The notes under the pieces: model-generated
Database searches by the model: none
The model's input: only the letters and a program-made list of their open reading frames with translations
Told to the model about the DNA's origin: nothing
Made by a program: the position numbers and the translations under genes
In this document: positions 51,559-60,937 of the stretch, in pieces
Numbering within the stretch: position 1 is the stretch's first letter
Layout of the letters: each line of letters starts with the position of its first letter
Assembly: GCA_947470025.1 (NCBI GenBank)
Contig: CANIRU010000002.1
Coordinates: 250-64,249 of the forward strand
Reading direction: 5' to 3'
Length of the DNA stretch: 64,000 nt
Source of the DNA: Chloroflexota bacterium
GTDB taxonomy: Bacteria > Chloroflexota > Dehalococcoidia > UBA2979

Positions 51559-51583
51559 TGTGCGTGCATCGAAGGCGCGGACG

Positions 51584-52354
51584 CTAGGCGAGCGTGCGGC
51601 CGAAGAAGTCCCAGATCTTCTTCCACGCGTCTACGGCCGCGGCCTGGCGGTACAGGGGGGCGTGGTCGTACATGAAGCCATGGCCCGCACCGTCGTAGCG
51701 GTGGAACTCATAGTCCTTGCCAGCGGCCTTCAGCGCGGCCTCGTGCTGGTCCACCGCCTCCGGCGAGGGACGCGCGTCGTCGTTGCCGAAGAGGCCGAGC
51801 AGCGGGACGTTGAGTCGGTCGGTGTAGTCGACCGGCGAGACCGGCTGCTGCTCACTGAGCTCCTCGGGCGCCATGACCACGCCACCACCCCACAGGTTGA
51901 CGACCGCGTCCACGCCCGTGGCGAGCGAGGCGACGAGCATGGCGTGGCGACCGCCGGAGCAGCTGCCGATGACGCCCACCTTGCCGTTGAGATCGGACCG
52001 CGAGCGCAGCCAGTCGATCGCGCCCTGGCAGTCGGCGACCACCTGCGAGTCGGGCAGCGCGCCGGCCGCACGGGCCTTCGTGGCGACTTCCTCGGGGATG
52101 CCGTGGCCGTCCCGCTCGTACAGGTTCGGCGAGATGGCGATGTAGCCGTGGCGGGCGAAGCGCATCGTCTGCTGGCGGTACCACTCGTCCCAGCCGGGGA
52201 TGTGGTGGATCAGCAGGACGCCCGGGTGTGGGCCCGGGGCCGTCGGTCGCGCGACGAAGGCGCGGATCTCGTCGCCCTTGTCGCCCTTGATCTTGACGGT
52301 CTCGGCGACGAGACCTTCCTGCATGTCGGTTGTGTACTGATTCACTCGCATCAC
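51584..52354 (-). CDS. Dienelactone hydrolase family protein
   Basis: 256 aa with GVLLIHHIPG, the nucleophile motif GSCSGG (Cys-type DLH), and the C-terminal DGAGHGF. Confidence 0.85.
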   Translation of the reverse strand: MMRVNQYTTDMQEGLVAETVKIKGDKGDEIRAFVARPTAPGPHPGVLLIHHIPGWDEWYRQQTMRFARHGYIAISPNLYERDGHGIPEEVATKARAAGALPDSQVVADCQGAIDWLRSRSDLNGKVGVIGSCSGGRHAMLVASLATGVDAVVNLWGGGVVMAPEELSEQQPVSPVDYTDRLNVPLLGLFGNDDARPSPEAVDQHEAALKAAGKDYEFHRYDGAGHGFMYDHAPLYRQAAAVDAWKKIWDFFGRTLA

Positions 52355-52465
52355 CTTCCAGAGGTACGGGGTTGGGGCCTGTGCAGAGTAGCGCGTGCCC
52401 CGCGCGACGCAAGATCGAGCGGCCGGGAATCTCTGCGCCTTCAGGGGCCGCGAGCGGCAGCGCAG

Positions 52466-54364
52466 CTAGCGAGTCGAGGACAGGGGCTCGAACTCGATCG
52501 CCCGTGGCGCGGCGACCAGCGGCAGCGAGAGCGAGAACGTGGTGCCGACGCCGACCTGGCTGGCGAACGACAACTCACCGCCCGCGGCACACGCCAGGTC
52601 GCGCGCGGCGGAGAGGCCGATGCCAAAGCCGCCTCGCTCGCCCTTGGTGGTGAAGAACGGCTCGAAGACGCGCGCCTCGAGCTCATGCGAGATCCCGATG
52701 CCGTTGTCCGAGACGGTGATCGTGACGGTCGCGTTGTGCGTCCACACGACCACCGCGAGGTCGATCGTGGGCCGGTACTCCGGGCCGGCGGTCACGGCCC
52801 GTTCGAGCACGGCATCGCGCGAGTTCATCACCAGGTTCACGAGCACGCGCAGCAGGCTGTCGGCAGCGATGGAGGCATGCGCCGGCCCTTCCGCCTCGTG
52901 CGTGACCATCTCGATCTCGGAGGCCACGATGGCGCGCGTGATCACGTAAGCCTCGTGGACGATATCCGAGACGTTCAGGACTGGGCCCGGCTCGGGCCCT
53001 CCCTTCCGTAGAAGCTCGCCGACCGCGCCGGAGCGGGAGTAGACGAGCAGCGCCCGCGCGAGGTTCGCCGCGCGTTGCGCCGCGATGCGGGACGCCTGCA
53101 CATACCGCACCGATCCGGACTCCTCGGCGAGCTCCGCCAGCGCCAAGTCGAGGTAGCCGACGACGCTGGTGAGCAGGTTGTTGAAGTCGTGCGCGACGCC
53201 TGCCGCCACCGCGAGCGCCACGTCCGTCTCTCGGGCGCGCGAGGCCAGCTCATGCAGCCGGATCTCCTCGGAGATGTCCACGATCTGGGCGCTGAGCGAG
53301 ACACGGCCCTGGTACATGACCCGTCGCGTGAGCATCAGGCAGCGTGCAAAGGAGCCGTCAGCGCGCCGCAGGCGGAACTCCTGCGCCGGCGGCAGCTCGC
53401 CGTCGACCGCCCGGTCCGTGTGCGCGGTGACCGTCCCGCGGTCGTCCTCGACCACCCAGCTGCCAGGGACCGATCCAACGACCGCGCTCATCGGCGCCCC
53501 GACGAGATCGCAGAACGGCTGGTTCGCGAACCGCACCACGGTCGGTTCCCCGCCGATGTCGCGCGTCCAGATGAGCATCGGCACGCGCACCGCATTCAGC
53601 AGCTCGCGGTACCGCTCATCCTGCGCTCGGTGGTCGGAGATGTCGTAGACCACGCCGTCGACACGGCTCGGCTGAGCCGTGACCTCGTCGGGTGTGGACT
53701 GCACATACATGTGCATCCAACGCAGGCCGTGCTGCGGGTGGATCGTGCGGAACTCGCCGTCCGCGCGACCGTCCTTGATCGCGCGCTGGACGATGTCGTC
53801 CGGGACCGTCCGGTCGTCGGGATGCAGGAGGTGATCCGGGATGACGTTCACGGCCGCCGCCGACGCAGGGTCTTCGCCCAGCAGTTCGACGATGGGACCG
53901 GACCAGCGCCCGGCGTTCTGGGGGATGTCCATCACCCATGAGGTAGTACGGCCGATCTCCTGCGCGCGCGCCAGCACGCTGCTGCTCTCCTTGAGTTGGT
54001 CCAGTGTCTCGTAGACGATGGTGTGGTCGGTGCCGTGGAGCACGACATTCCCGTCCCCGACGGGGACCAGCTCGAAGCGCATGACCGCGACGGTGCCGTC
54101 CCTGCGGCGCACGCGCCGAACTGCAGCGGCGGCGGAGCCCAGCTGGGCGCGGCGCATCGCATCGCCGGGGGCTTCATCCTCCACCAGGTGGTCGCGGAAA
54201 TGCTCGCCAATCAACTCGTCGCGCTCGAAGCCGAAGAAGAGTTCGGCCGCGGCGTTGACCCAAACGAAGCGGCCAGAGTCGTCCACGATCCCGATGGGAT
54301 CGAGGGAGCCGTCCAGGATCGCCTGGAACTCGGCGACGCCGCTGAGACCCAGAGGAGTTTCCAT
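52466..54364 (-). CDS. Cytoplasmic PAS-domain sensor histidine kinase (orphan)
   Basis: H-box VAHDFNNLL, N-box LVNLVMNSRDA, G1 DNGIGI and G2 GGFGIGLS, with about three PAS-like segments upstream and no TM helix. ATG 54364 was chosen (54448 is an alternative). No response regulator lies nearby. Confidence 0.75.
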   Translation of the reverse strand: METPLGLSGVAEFQAILDGSLDPIGIVDDSGRFVWVNAAAELFFGFERDELIGEHFRDHLVEDEAPGDAMRRAQLGSAAAAVRRVRRRDGTVAVMRFELVPVGDGNVVLHGTDHTIVYETLDQLKESSSVLARAQEIGRTTSWVMDIPQNAGRWSGPIVELLGEDPASAAAVNVIPDHLLHPDDRTVPDDIVQRAIKDGRADGEFRTIHPQHGLRWMHMYVQSTPDEVTAQPSRVDGVVYDISDHRAQDERYRELLNAVRVPMLIWTRDIGGEPTVVRFANQPFCDLVGAPMSAVVGSVPGSWVVEDDRGTVTAHTDRAVDGELPPAQEFRLRRADGSFARCLMLTRRVMYQGRVSLSAQIVDISEEIRLHELASRARETDVALAVAAGVAHDFNNLLTSVVGYLDLALAELAEESGSVRYVQASRIAAQRAANLARALLVYSRSGAVGELLRKGGPEPGPVLNVSDIVHEAYVITRAIVASEIEMVTHEAEGPAHASIAADSLLRVLVNLVMNSRDAVLERAVTAGPEYRPTIDLAVVVWTHNATVTITVSDNGIGISHELEARVFEPFFTTKGERGGFGIGLSAARDLACAAGGELSFASQVGVGTTFSLSLPLVAAPRAIEFEPLSSTR

Positions 54365-54553
54365 CAACAGGCCCCGGAATCGATCCCGCTCTGCGTGGGC
54401 GGAATCCTCTCGCACACTATCAACTCGCAGGTATCGTGAGAGACACATAGGGTTGCAGCAATATCCCAAAGACCGCCGCCGGGGCCACCACGTAGTCCCA
54501 GCGATTTGATACATACCGCAGACACCACACTTCGAACTGACGGGAGCCCACAA

Positions 54554-55513
54554 ATGACCGGAACGATCGGCGCAGCCATCCAGTCGCTGGAGGCGGCGGA
54601 GTTCGTCGACCAGGTGCAGCGCGCCGAGGCCGCCGGAGTCCCGGTCGCCTGGACGACGATCGGCGGCGCGGCGAACGCCGACCCGCTGACGGCGTTCGGG
54701 GCGGCGATGATGACGACGAAGACGATCCGCATGGGCACGGCGATCATCCCGACGTGGCCGCGGCACCCGGTGATCATCGCGCAGCAGGCCCTAGCGCTCG
54801 CCCAGCTCGGTGGGCCCGAGCGCATCCGCCTCGGCATCGGCCCGTCTCACGAACCGACGATGGTGCGGAACTTCGGCGTGCGCTGGGAGGCGCCGCTGCT
54901 CCAGCTGCGCGAGTACCTCACGGTGATCCGCGCGCTCTCCGACGAGGGCGCAGTGGACTTCGAGGGCCGTCATGTGACGGCTCGCGCGCAGTGGCGCGCA
55001 CCGGGCGGGTTCGAGGTACTCATCTCGGCGCTGCGGCCGAAGTCGTTCGAGCTCGCCGGCGAGATGGCGGACGGCGCGATCTCGTGGATGTGCCCGAAGG
55101 CGTACCTCCTGTCGGAGGCGCTGCCCGCGATCGCGCGGGGCGCCGAGCGCGGCAACCGTGCCGCCCCGCCGCTGATCGCCCACGTGCCGGTCGCCGTGAG
55201 CACGGACCGCGAGGAGGTGCGCGCTATCGCCCGCCGCCAACTCGCGGGCTACCAGAGCATCCCGTTCTACCTCGCGATGTTCCGGGAGGCCGGCTTCCCG
55301 CAGGCGTCCGAGGGCTACTCGGACGAGCTGCTGGACGACCTGGTCGTCTCGGGCACGGAGGACGAGGTCGTCGCGCGCCTGCTCACGTACCTCGACGCCG
55401 GCTGCGGCGAGGTGCTCGCGCACCCGCTGATGGAGGCGGACGACCGCACCGGCAGCATCAACCGCGCGCTGGCGGCGGTGGGCAAGGCGCACGCGAAGGC
55501 CGCTGCGCGCTAG
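54554..55513 (+). CDS. LLM-class F420-dependent oxidoreductase
   Basis: ATG 54554 lies 7 nt after GGGAG. AEAAGVPVAWTT..., GTAIIPTWPRHP and RLGIGPSH are typical of the F420-dependent LLM subgroup. Confidence 0.8.
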   Translation: MTGTIGAAIQSLEAAEFVDQVQRAEAAGVPVAWTTIGGAANADPLTAFGAAMMTTKTIRMGTAIIPTWPRHPVIIAQQALALAQLGGPERIRLGIGPSHEPTMVRNFGVRWEAPLLQLREYLTVIRALSDEGAVDFEGRHVTARAQWRAPGGFEVLISALRPKSFELAGEMADGAISWMCPKAYLLSEALPAIARGAERGNRAAPPLIAHVPVAVSTDREEVRAIARRQLAGYQSIPFYLAMFREAGFPQASEGYSDELLDDLVVSGTEDEVVARLLTYLDAGCGEVLAHPLMEADDRTGSINRALAAVGKAHAKAAAR

Positions 55514-55537
55514 GACGTCGAGCGAACCGCCTCGAGG

Positions 55538-56878
55538 CTACTCGACGAGCAAGGGGGGCGGGGGGGCTCCCGCCCTCGCCTCATCGGCGGCGGCCTCGGC
55601 GCGGTAGCGCTCGATGAGGGCGCGCGGGGGCCTGGCGAGGAGCACGAGCGGCACGGCGAGCAATGCCACGCCGGCGGCGAGATACCAGCCCAGCAGGTAC
55701 TCCCCCGTCACATCGACGATCAGGCCGATCGTCCACGGACCGAGTGCGCCGCCGGTCGTGTTCATCAGCGACGCCACGCCGCTGACCGTGCCGAAGTGCT
55801 TCGTGCCGAAGTACTCGGCCATCATCGCGGGGCGCAGCGGGATCGTGCCGCCGAAGCCGGGCGCGACGAGCGCGATCCCCGCGACGGCCTGCCAGTAGCT
55901 GGTCGCGAACGTGAGCACGAGGATGCCGCTCCCGATCAGCGCGGCGCACCCCGCGATCAGCGCCCGCTTCGCGATGCGATCACCGAGCATCCCCAGCCCG
56001 ATGCGCCCGACGATCGAAGTCATCGTGTAGATGGTGATCGTGAACGCGGCGGCAGACTTCGGCACGTGCAGGCGCGTCTCGATGTAGGAGACCTGGTGCA
56101 CCAGTAGGCCGGTGGTGGCGAACGAGATCGCGATCATGGCGAGCCCACAGAAGATAAACGTCCGCGACCGGACAACCTCCCAGGTCGGCGCGCCCCACAT
56201 GATCCCCAGCGGTGCCGCGGTGCCATCCACCTCGAAGTAGTCCTGCCCATCCATCGGCTGGTGATGCGCGCGAGGCCGCGAGCGGATCTGTGCGCTGAAC
56301 GTGACCCCAACGAGGAGCATGCCGACGACGAGCACGCGCAGCGCGATGCGCCAGCCGAACTCCTCGACGAGCCAGGCGATGCCGACGACGAGGATGCCTG
56401 CGACGCCGCCGCCGAGCGTGGAGATCGACATCGCGAGCGCACGCCGGCGGTCGAACCACGTCGCGATCGCGGCGAGCCCCGCTTGCCCGCCACAGGCGGA
56501 CGAGCCGATCGCGATCACGATCATCGCCGCGTAGAACTGCACGATGCTCTGGATGTACGACAGTCCGACGACGCCCGCCGCCGCGACCAGCACTCCGCCG
56601 ATCATCACGCGCCGCGCACCGTAGCGATCAATGCCGAGGCCGACGAACGGCGCCGCGAGGCCACCGATCTCCGAGCGCAGCGAGAACGCGAGCGCCGTTG
56701 CCGCTACGCTCCAGCCAAACTCCGCGATGATGTCGGTGAAGAAGACGCCGAAGCCGTAGTAGAACGATGCGCCGATCAGCAGCGTGACCAACGCCGAGGA
56801 TCCGACAACGACCCAGCCCTCGTACACGTTGGGGAACCAGCGTCGTGCCATGCTCTGCATCGTACCGGCGGCGTCCAT
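55538..56878 (-). CDS. MFS transporter (OFA-like)
   Basis: WFPNVYEGWVVVGSSALVTLL..., GIDRYGARR and about 12 TM helices. It resembles 38422-39756. The start could be 56878, 56860 or 56851. Confidence 0.8.
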   Translation of the reverse strand: MDAAGTMQSMARRWFPNVYEGWVVVGSSALVTLLIGASFYYGFGVFFTDIIAEFGWSVAATALAFSLRSEIGGLAAPFVGLGIDRYGARRVMIGGVLVAAAGVVGLSYIQSIVQFYAAMIVIAIGSSACGGQAGLAAIATWFDRRRALAMSISTLGGGVAGILVVGIAWLVEEFGWRIALRVLVVGMLLVGVTFSAQIRSRPRAHHQPMDGQDYFEVDGTAAPLGIMWGAPTWEVVRSRTFIFCGLAMIAISFATTGLLVHQVSYIETRLHVPKSAAAFTITIYTMTSIVGRIGLGMLGDRIAKRALIAGCAALIGSGILVLTFATSYWQAVAGIALVAPGFGGTIPLRPAMMAEYFGTKHFGTVSGVASLMNTTGGALGPWTIGLIVDVTGEYLLGWYLAAGVALLAVPLVLLARPPRALIERYRAEAAADEARAGAPPPPLLVE

Positions 56879-57041
56879 AAGCGCACTGGTTGCCAGATCG
56901 TCTCAATCACGCGTCGAGGCCACAGCGGCCGCGCATCATGCCGCCTTGACGCGGTAGGGGCCCTCGATCGGATGATGTGTGCCCCCGCTGCCCGTCAACC
57001 AAGACGAGCCCGGGCAGCACGCGGAAAGCGAGCACACATCC

Positions 57042-57788
57042 ATGGCGGATGCATCCAACTGGTCTGATCTCTCACAGCGCCTGACCAGCGCCCTCGGCGT
57101 GCAGGTCGCGCCGATCGCGATCTCGTTCGCGAGCAGCGTCCCGAACAACGTCCCCGCCTTCGAGGACCCGATGCCCGCGCCGCACGAGGTGGACGGCCGC
57201 ACGGGCCGCGTCGCCGCCGGCTGTGTGTTCTGGATGAAGGCGCCGGACCGGACGTTCTCCACGGTCGCCGCCGACCACGCGAATTGCTCGGTCGGTTCGT
57301 GGACGCATGGCTTCGAGACCCTCGAGGAGGCCGCCGGCAAGGCGGACGTGGGCGCGCTCATGGAGAGCGGCTGGGTGACGATGGACATGATCCCGATGAT
57401 CACGACCGTCTCCGAGAAGCCGGAGTCCGTGATATACGGCCCGCTGTCGGAGGCGACCGACCCGGACGTCGCGCTGCTGCGCATTACGGGCCGCCAGCTG
57501 ATGGTGATGAAGGACGCCTTCCCCGACCTGCCGATCGAGGGCAAGCCACAGTGCCACATCGTCGCCATGGCGAAGGAGAAGGGCATGATCGCGGCGAGCA
57601 CCGGCTGCCAGCTCAGCCGCGTGCGCACCGGCATGGGCAACGGCGAAATGACGCTCGCCATCCCCGCCTCCCGCATCGCCGAGGTCGTCGAGCGCGTCGA
57701 GGCGACCGCAGCAATCGACAATGTCGTCGCGCGCTACGCGGCGCAGGACGCCTCGCGCTTCACGAACAACCCGCCCGCGCGCACGTAG
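57042..57788 (+). CDS. DUF169 domain-containing protein
   Basis: 248 aa. APIAISF..., AAGCVFW..., HANCSVGSWTHGF and GCQLSRVRTG match my recollection of DUF169 (COG2043). Confidence 0.65.
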   Translation: MADASNWSDLSQRLTSALGVQVAPIAISFASSVPNNVPAFEDPMPAPHEVDGRTGRVAAGCVFWMKAPDRTFSTVAADHANCSVGSWTHGFETLEEAAGKADVGALMESGWVTMDMIPMITTVSEKPESVIYGPLSEATDPDVALLRITGRQLMVMKDAFPDLPIEGKPQCHIVAMAKEKGMIAASTGCQLSRVRTGMGNGEMTLAIPASRIAEVVERVEATAAIDNVVARYAAQDASRFTNNPPART

Positions 57789-57809
57789 TCCTCGGACGCA
57801 CCGCACACA

Positions 57810-57835
57810 CAAGGGGCGGCCTCACGGCCGCCCCT
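57810..57835. terminator. Hairpin terminator between convergent genes
   Basis: AAGGGGCGGCC-TCAC-GGCCGCCCCTT forms an 11-bp stem followed by CTGCGTT. Confidence 0.6.
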
Positions 57836-57863
57836 TCTGCGTTCCGCCGATCCGAGCGCGCGG

Positions 57864-58412
57864 CTATTCCGCGAACGGAGCCTTCACGCCGTCGGGCAGG
57901 CCGACCTCGAAGATGTTCAGCGTCATGCTGACGAGCCCGTAGTAGCCGACGATGCCGACGAGATCCACGACGCCGCGCTCGGTGAGCGCCGCCTTCGCAC
58001 GCTCGTAGGTGGCATCCGAGACGCGGTGCGTCCGGAAGTACTCGGTGACGAACATCCAGATCGCCTGCTGCTTCTGGTCCTGGTACGGGGGCTCCTCGCC
58101 CGCCTGCACCGAGTCGATCACGCTGTCGGAAACCCCGGCGTTGGAGGCCATCTGCGCGTGCGCGTAGAACTCGTACTGCGCCTTCCAGTAGTGCGCCGTG
58201 ACGATGATCGCGAACTCGCTCAGCGCGGGCTCCAGGCTGCTGTGGAAGCGGCAGAACTCGCCGAGGTGCTGCGCGCGGTCGCACAGTTCCGGGCTGCGCA
58301 TCCACGGGAGGAACGGCCCGCGCAGGCCACCTCGGCCGGACGTGATCGCCTCGGCGATGCGCTGCTGCTCCGGCGTGAAGTCGGCGGGGTCGAGGGGCGC
58401 GAGTCGGGGCAT
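57864..58412 (-). CDS. Carboxymuconolactone decarboxylase (CMD/AhpD-like) family protein
   Basis: 182 aa from ATG 58412, which lies 6 nt after AGGAGA. RSPELCDRAQHLGEF...SEFAIIVTAHYWKAQYEFYAHA is the typical CMD double-helix motif. Confidence 0.8.
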   Translation of the reverse strand: MPRLAPLDPADFTPEQQRIAEAITSGRGGLRGPFLPWMRSPELCDRAQHLGEFCRFHSSLEPALSEFAIIVTAHYWKAQYEFYAHAQMASNAGVSDSVIDSVQAGEEPPYQDQKQQAIWMFVTEYFRTHRVSDATYERAKAALTERGVVDLVGIVGYYGLVSMTLNIFEVGLPDGVKAPFAE

Positions 58413-58549
58413 GTGTGTCTCCTGCAACGTCGGAGCATCGTGGACGCGCCGAGGATAGCGGCTCCCCGCGCTGCTGTGTCGCGCGGGGAGCGTGGCGGAG
58501 GCGGAGCGGGGAGCAATGCCCTCGGGGGGAGTGACGGCGAGGTGGCAGC

Positions 58550-58778
58550 GCGGGGCGACCCATCCCCCTGCCCCCTTCCCTGCGCGGGCAGGGGGATGAA
58601 ATCCGAGGGGCTTCGCCCCTCAGGCTCCCCGTCCGGATCGTGCCGCTTCGCGCACGTTCGGATAACGCTTCTAGACACGTACGATTCCGCCGGGAGTGTG
58701 AGGGGCGCAGCTCCTCACGGTTGGTTCTCTTCCTCCCAACCCTCCCGCGCCGGGAGGGGCAGGGGTGGGCCGCCCCGC
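58550..58778 (-). repeat. MITE-like composite palindromic element, copy B (inverted orientation)
   Basis: The reverse complement carries the conserved 5' module (58687-58778) and 3' module (58550-58621), separated by a divergent core of about 65 nt. It lies in the 549-bp divergent spacer upstream of panD. Confidence 0.8.
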
Positions 58779-58961
58779 GTTGCTACACCGACCCTCCTCG
58801 CAGCCTTGCGGCCTCGCCAGTTCTGCGCTCCCGCGGCCGCGCACGATCCTCGACGGGGCCGGGGGTTGCTGGCATCATGGCAGACACCTGCACCCGCACT
58901 CTCGCGCGTGCTCGGACCGGGGACGGCCGAGACTCGCTCGACGAGACGACGAGGAGTCCTC

Positions 58962-59381
58962 GTGGACGCTGCTGACGACCGCTCCGCGCTGCGCTCCGTC
59001 CTGCGCGGCAAGATCCACCGCGCACTCGTGACCGCCGCCGACCTCGACTACGAGGGCTCGATCACCCTCGACCCCGAGCTCATGGAGCTGTCCGGCATCG
59101 AAGAATGGGAGCAGGTGCACGTCCTGGACGTGACCAACGGCGCCCGCCTGGAGACCTACGCGATCCGCGGCATCCCGGGCTCGGGCGAGGTCTGCATCAA
59201 CGGCGCGGCGGCGCACCTCGTGCATCCGGGCGACTTGGTCATTATTCTCGCCTTCGAGTGGATCCGGTCCGAACACGTGGCCGACCACCATCCGCGCATC
59301 GTCCGCGTCGGCGCCGAGAACCGGCCGCTGTCGCCTACCGCCACGGAGCACTCGGGCCACGGCCCGATCCGAGGCGTCTAG
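58962..59381 (+). CDS. panD: Aspartate 1-decarboxylase
   Basis: LRGKIHRALVTAADLDYEGSITLD carries the Gly-Ser self-processing site, followed by NGARLETYAI and INGAAAHL. GTG 58962 lies 5 nt after GAGGAG. Confidence 0.85.
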   Translation: MDAADDRSALRSVLRGKIHRALVTAADLDYEGSITLDPELMELSGIEEWEQVHVLDVTNGARLETYAIRGIPGSGEVCINGAAAHLVHPGDLVIILAFEWIRSEHVADHHPRIVRVGAENRPLSPTATEHSGHGPIRGV

Positions 59382-59420
59382 GGCCGGCTCGACGGGACGA
59401 ACTGGAAGGACCTCCGCCCC

Positions 59421-60023
59421 GTGTCGCTCAGCTCCCCCTCGCTCGGCCGGACGCTCGTCTCGATCCCTGACACGCAACCCCTGGCACGCTGGGCGTGGGC
59501 GACGCTGCTCGTGGTCATCGGCGTCGGTGTGCTGGCGCTGACGGCCCAGATCCGTGTGCCGGTGCCGGGCTCTCCCGTGCCGATCACCGGGCAGACGCTG
59601 GGCGTACTGCTGCTGGCGGCGGCGTACGGCAGCCGCCTCGGCGGGACAACGGTGGCGGCCTACCTCGTGGCGGGCATCGCGGGCGCGCCGATCTTCCAGA
59701 ACTTCGGCGCGGGGATGGCCGTGATCAACGGCCCGACGGGCGGCTACCTGATTGGCTTCCTCGTCGCCGCATGGATCGTCGGCGAGCTGGCCGAGAGCCG
59801 ATGGGACCGCGTGTGGTACCTGACGATCGCCGCGATGGTGATCGGCAACATCGTGATCTACATGTGCGGCGTCACGCACCTCGCCACCGTCGTCGGGTGG
59901 AACCGCGTCTGGGCGCTGGGCGTTGCGCCGTTCCTGATCGGCGACGCGGTCAAGATCGCGATCGCCGCTGCCGCCCTGCCGATTGCGTGGAAGCTGAAGG
60001 AGCGCGGCGCGCCCCGTCCCTAG
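59421..60023 (+). CDS. bioY: Biotin transporter BioY
   Basis: 200 aa with VPITGQTLGVLLLAAAYG..., GGYLIGF and PFLIGDAVKIAIAA, which is the BioY signature. Confidence 0.85.
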   Translation: MSLSSPSLGRTLVSIPDTQPLARWAWATLLVVIGVGVLALTAQIRVPVPGSPVPITGQTLGVLLLAAAYGSRLGGTTVAAYLVAGIAGAPIFQNFGAGMAVINGPTGGYLIGFLVAAWIVGELAESRWDRVWYLTIAAMVIGNIVIYMCGVTHLATVVGWNRVWALGVAPFLIGDAVKIAIAAAALPIAWKLKERGAPRP

Positions 60024-60064
60024 GAGGCATGCTCCTAGCGGACCGTCGAGGCTCGTCGCCGCGC

Positions 60065-60937
60065 CTAGCTCGCCGCCCAGAGTGCCGTGGCCTGCTGGCC
60101 GCCCTTCGTCGTGATGCACGCCGACTGGTACCAGGTCACCTTTTCGCGCAGCGTGGCCGCGACCTCCGGCTTCACCTCGACGTTGGCCGCAGCCTCGGAC
60201 GGCGCGGCGTCGAAGTGGCACGGGAGGCCGTCGCTGTAGCCGAGCTGCGCCACAACGGTGCGTGCGAGGGCAAGCGCCTCGTCGAGCTCATCGGTCGGCG
60301 GTTCATGGTGACGCGCGACCGCGCCGCCGATGCGATCGGAAACACCCCAGAGCTTGAGCAGCCGCCCGCCCGCCTTCGCGTGGTCCTCGCCGAACAGCGC
60401 GGCCTCGGCGCCGAGCACCATCGAGGCCGACCGCGCCTTCGCGGACAGCGATTCGTACACGCCAGGCATCGACGCGCCGAGGACAAGGCGGCCCACGTCG
60501 TGCAGGAGCCCGGCGGAGAACGCCATCGGTCGCAGCGCCGGCGTGGTGATGTGCGACTCCGTAATCACAGCGACAGCGAACGAGTGCGCCCAGAAGGCGT
60601 CCTCGTCGATCCCGCAGTCCTCCATGTTCCGGAACGCCTCGCCGACGACCGCCGAGGCGATGACGCGCTTCGTCTCCGTGAGCCCGATGCGGACAAGGGC
60701 GTCCCGTGGGTTCTCGATGCGGCGACGGGACGCCGAGGCCGCAGAGTTGGCAGCGGTGAGCAGCACCAGCGCGAGGCCGGGGTCCGCGCGGATGAGGCTG
60801 GCCAGGTCCTCCAGGCGGACGTCCTCGTCCTGCATCATGGAGAGCGCACCGGCGCGCGCGGCGGGGAGCATCGGCCCGGTCGGGACCGCGGCGCGCTTCA
60901 CGTGGGCTGATGGCTCGTCGAGCTTCCCATCGACCAT
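60065..60937 (-). CDS. HDOD domain-containing protein (stand-alone)
   Basis: 290 aa. DLASLIRADPGLALVLLTAANSA..., GLLHDVGRLVL and EDHAKAGGRLLKLWG are the HDOD pattern. ATG 60937 lies 7 nt after GAGGAG. Confidence 0.75.
   Translation of the reverse strand: MVDGKLDEPSAHVKRAAVPTGPMLPAARAGALSMMQDEDVRLEDLASLIRADPGLALVLLTAANSAASASRRRIENPRDALVRIGLTETKRVIASAVVGEAFRNMEDCGIDEDAFWAHSFAVAVITESHITTPALRPMAFSAGLLHDVGRLVLGASMPGVYESLSAKARSASMVLGAEAALFGEDHAKAGGRLLKLWGVSDRIGGAVARHHEPPTDELDEALALARTVVAQLGYSDGLPCHFDAAPSEAAANVEVKPEVAATLREKVTWYQSACITTKGGQQATALWAAS

Noticed and set aside
58430-58960. A CRISPR array or other regularly spaced repeat structure in the repeat-rich spacers (also 3400-3800 and 62600-62935).
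   Set aside because: The repeats are inverted and nested palindromes within a single composite element, not direct repeats separated by unique spacers of constant length. No cas genes are present in the window.
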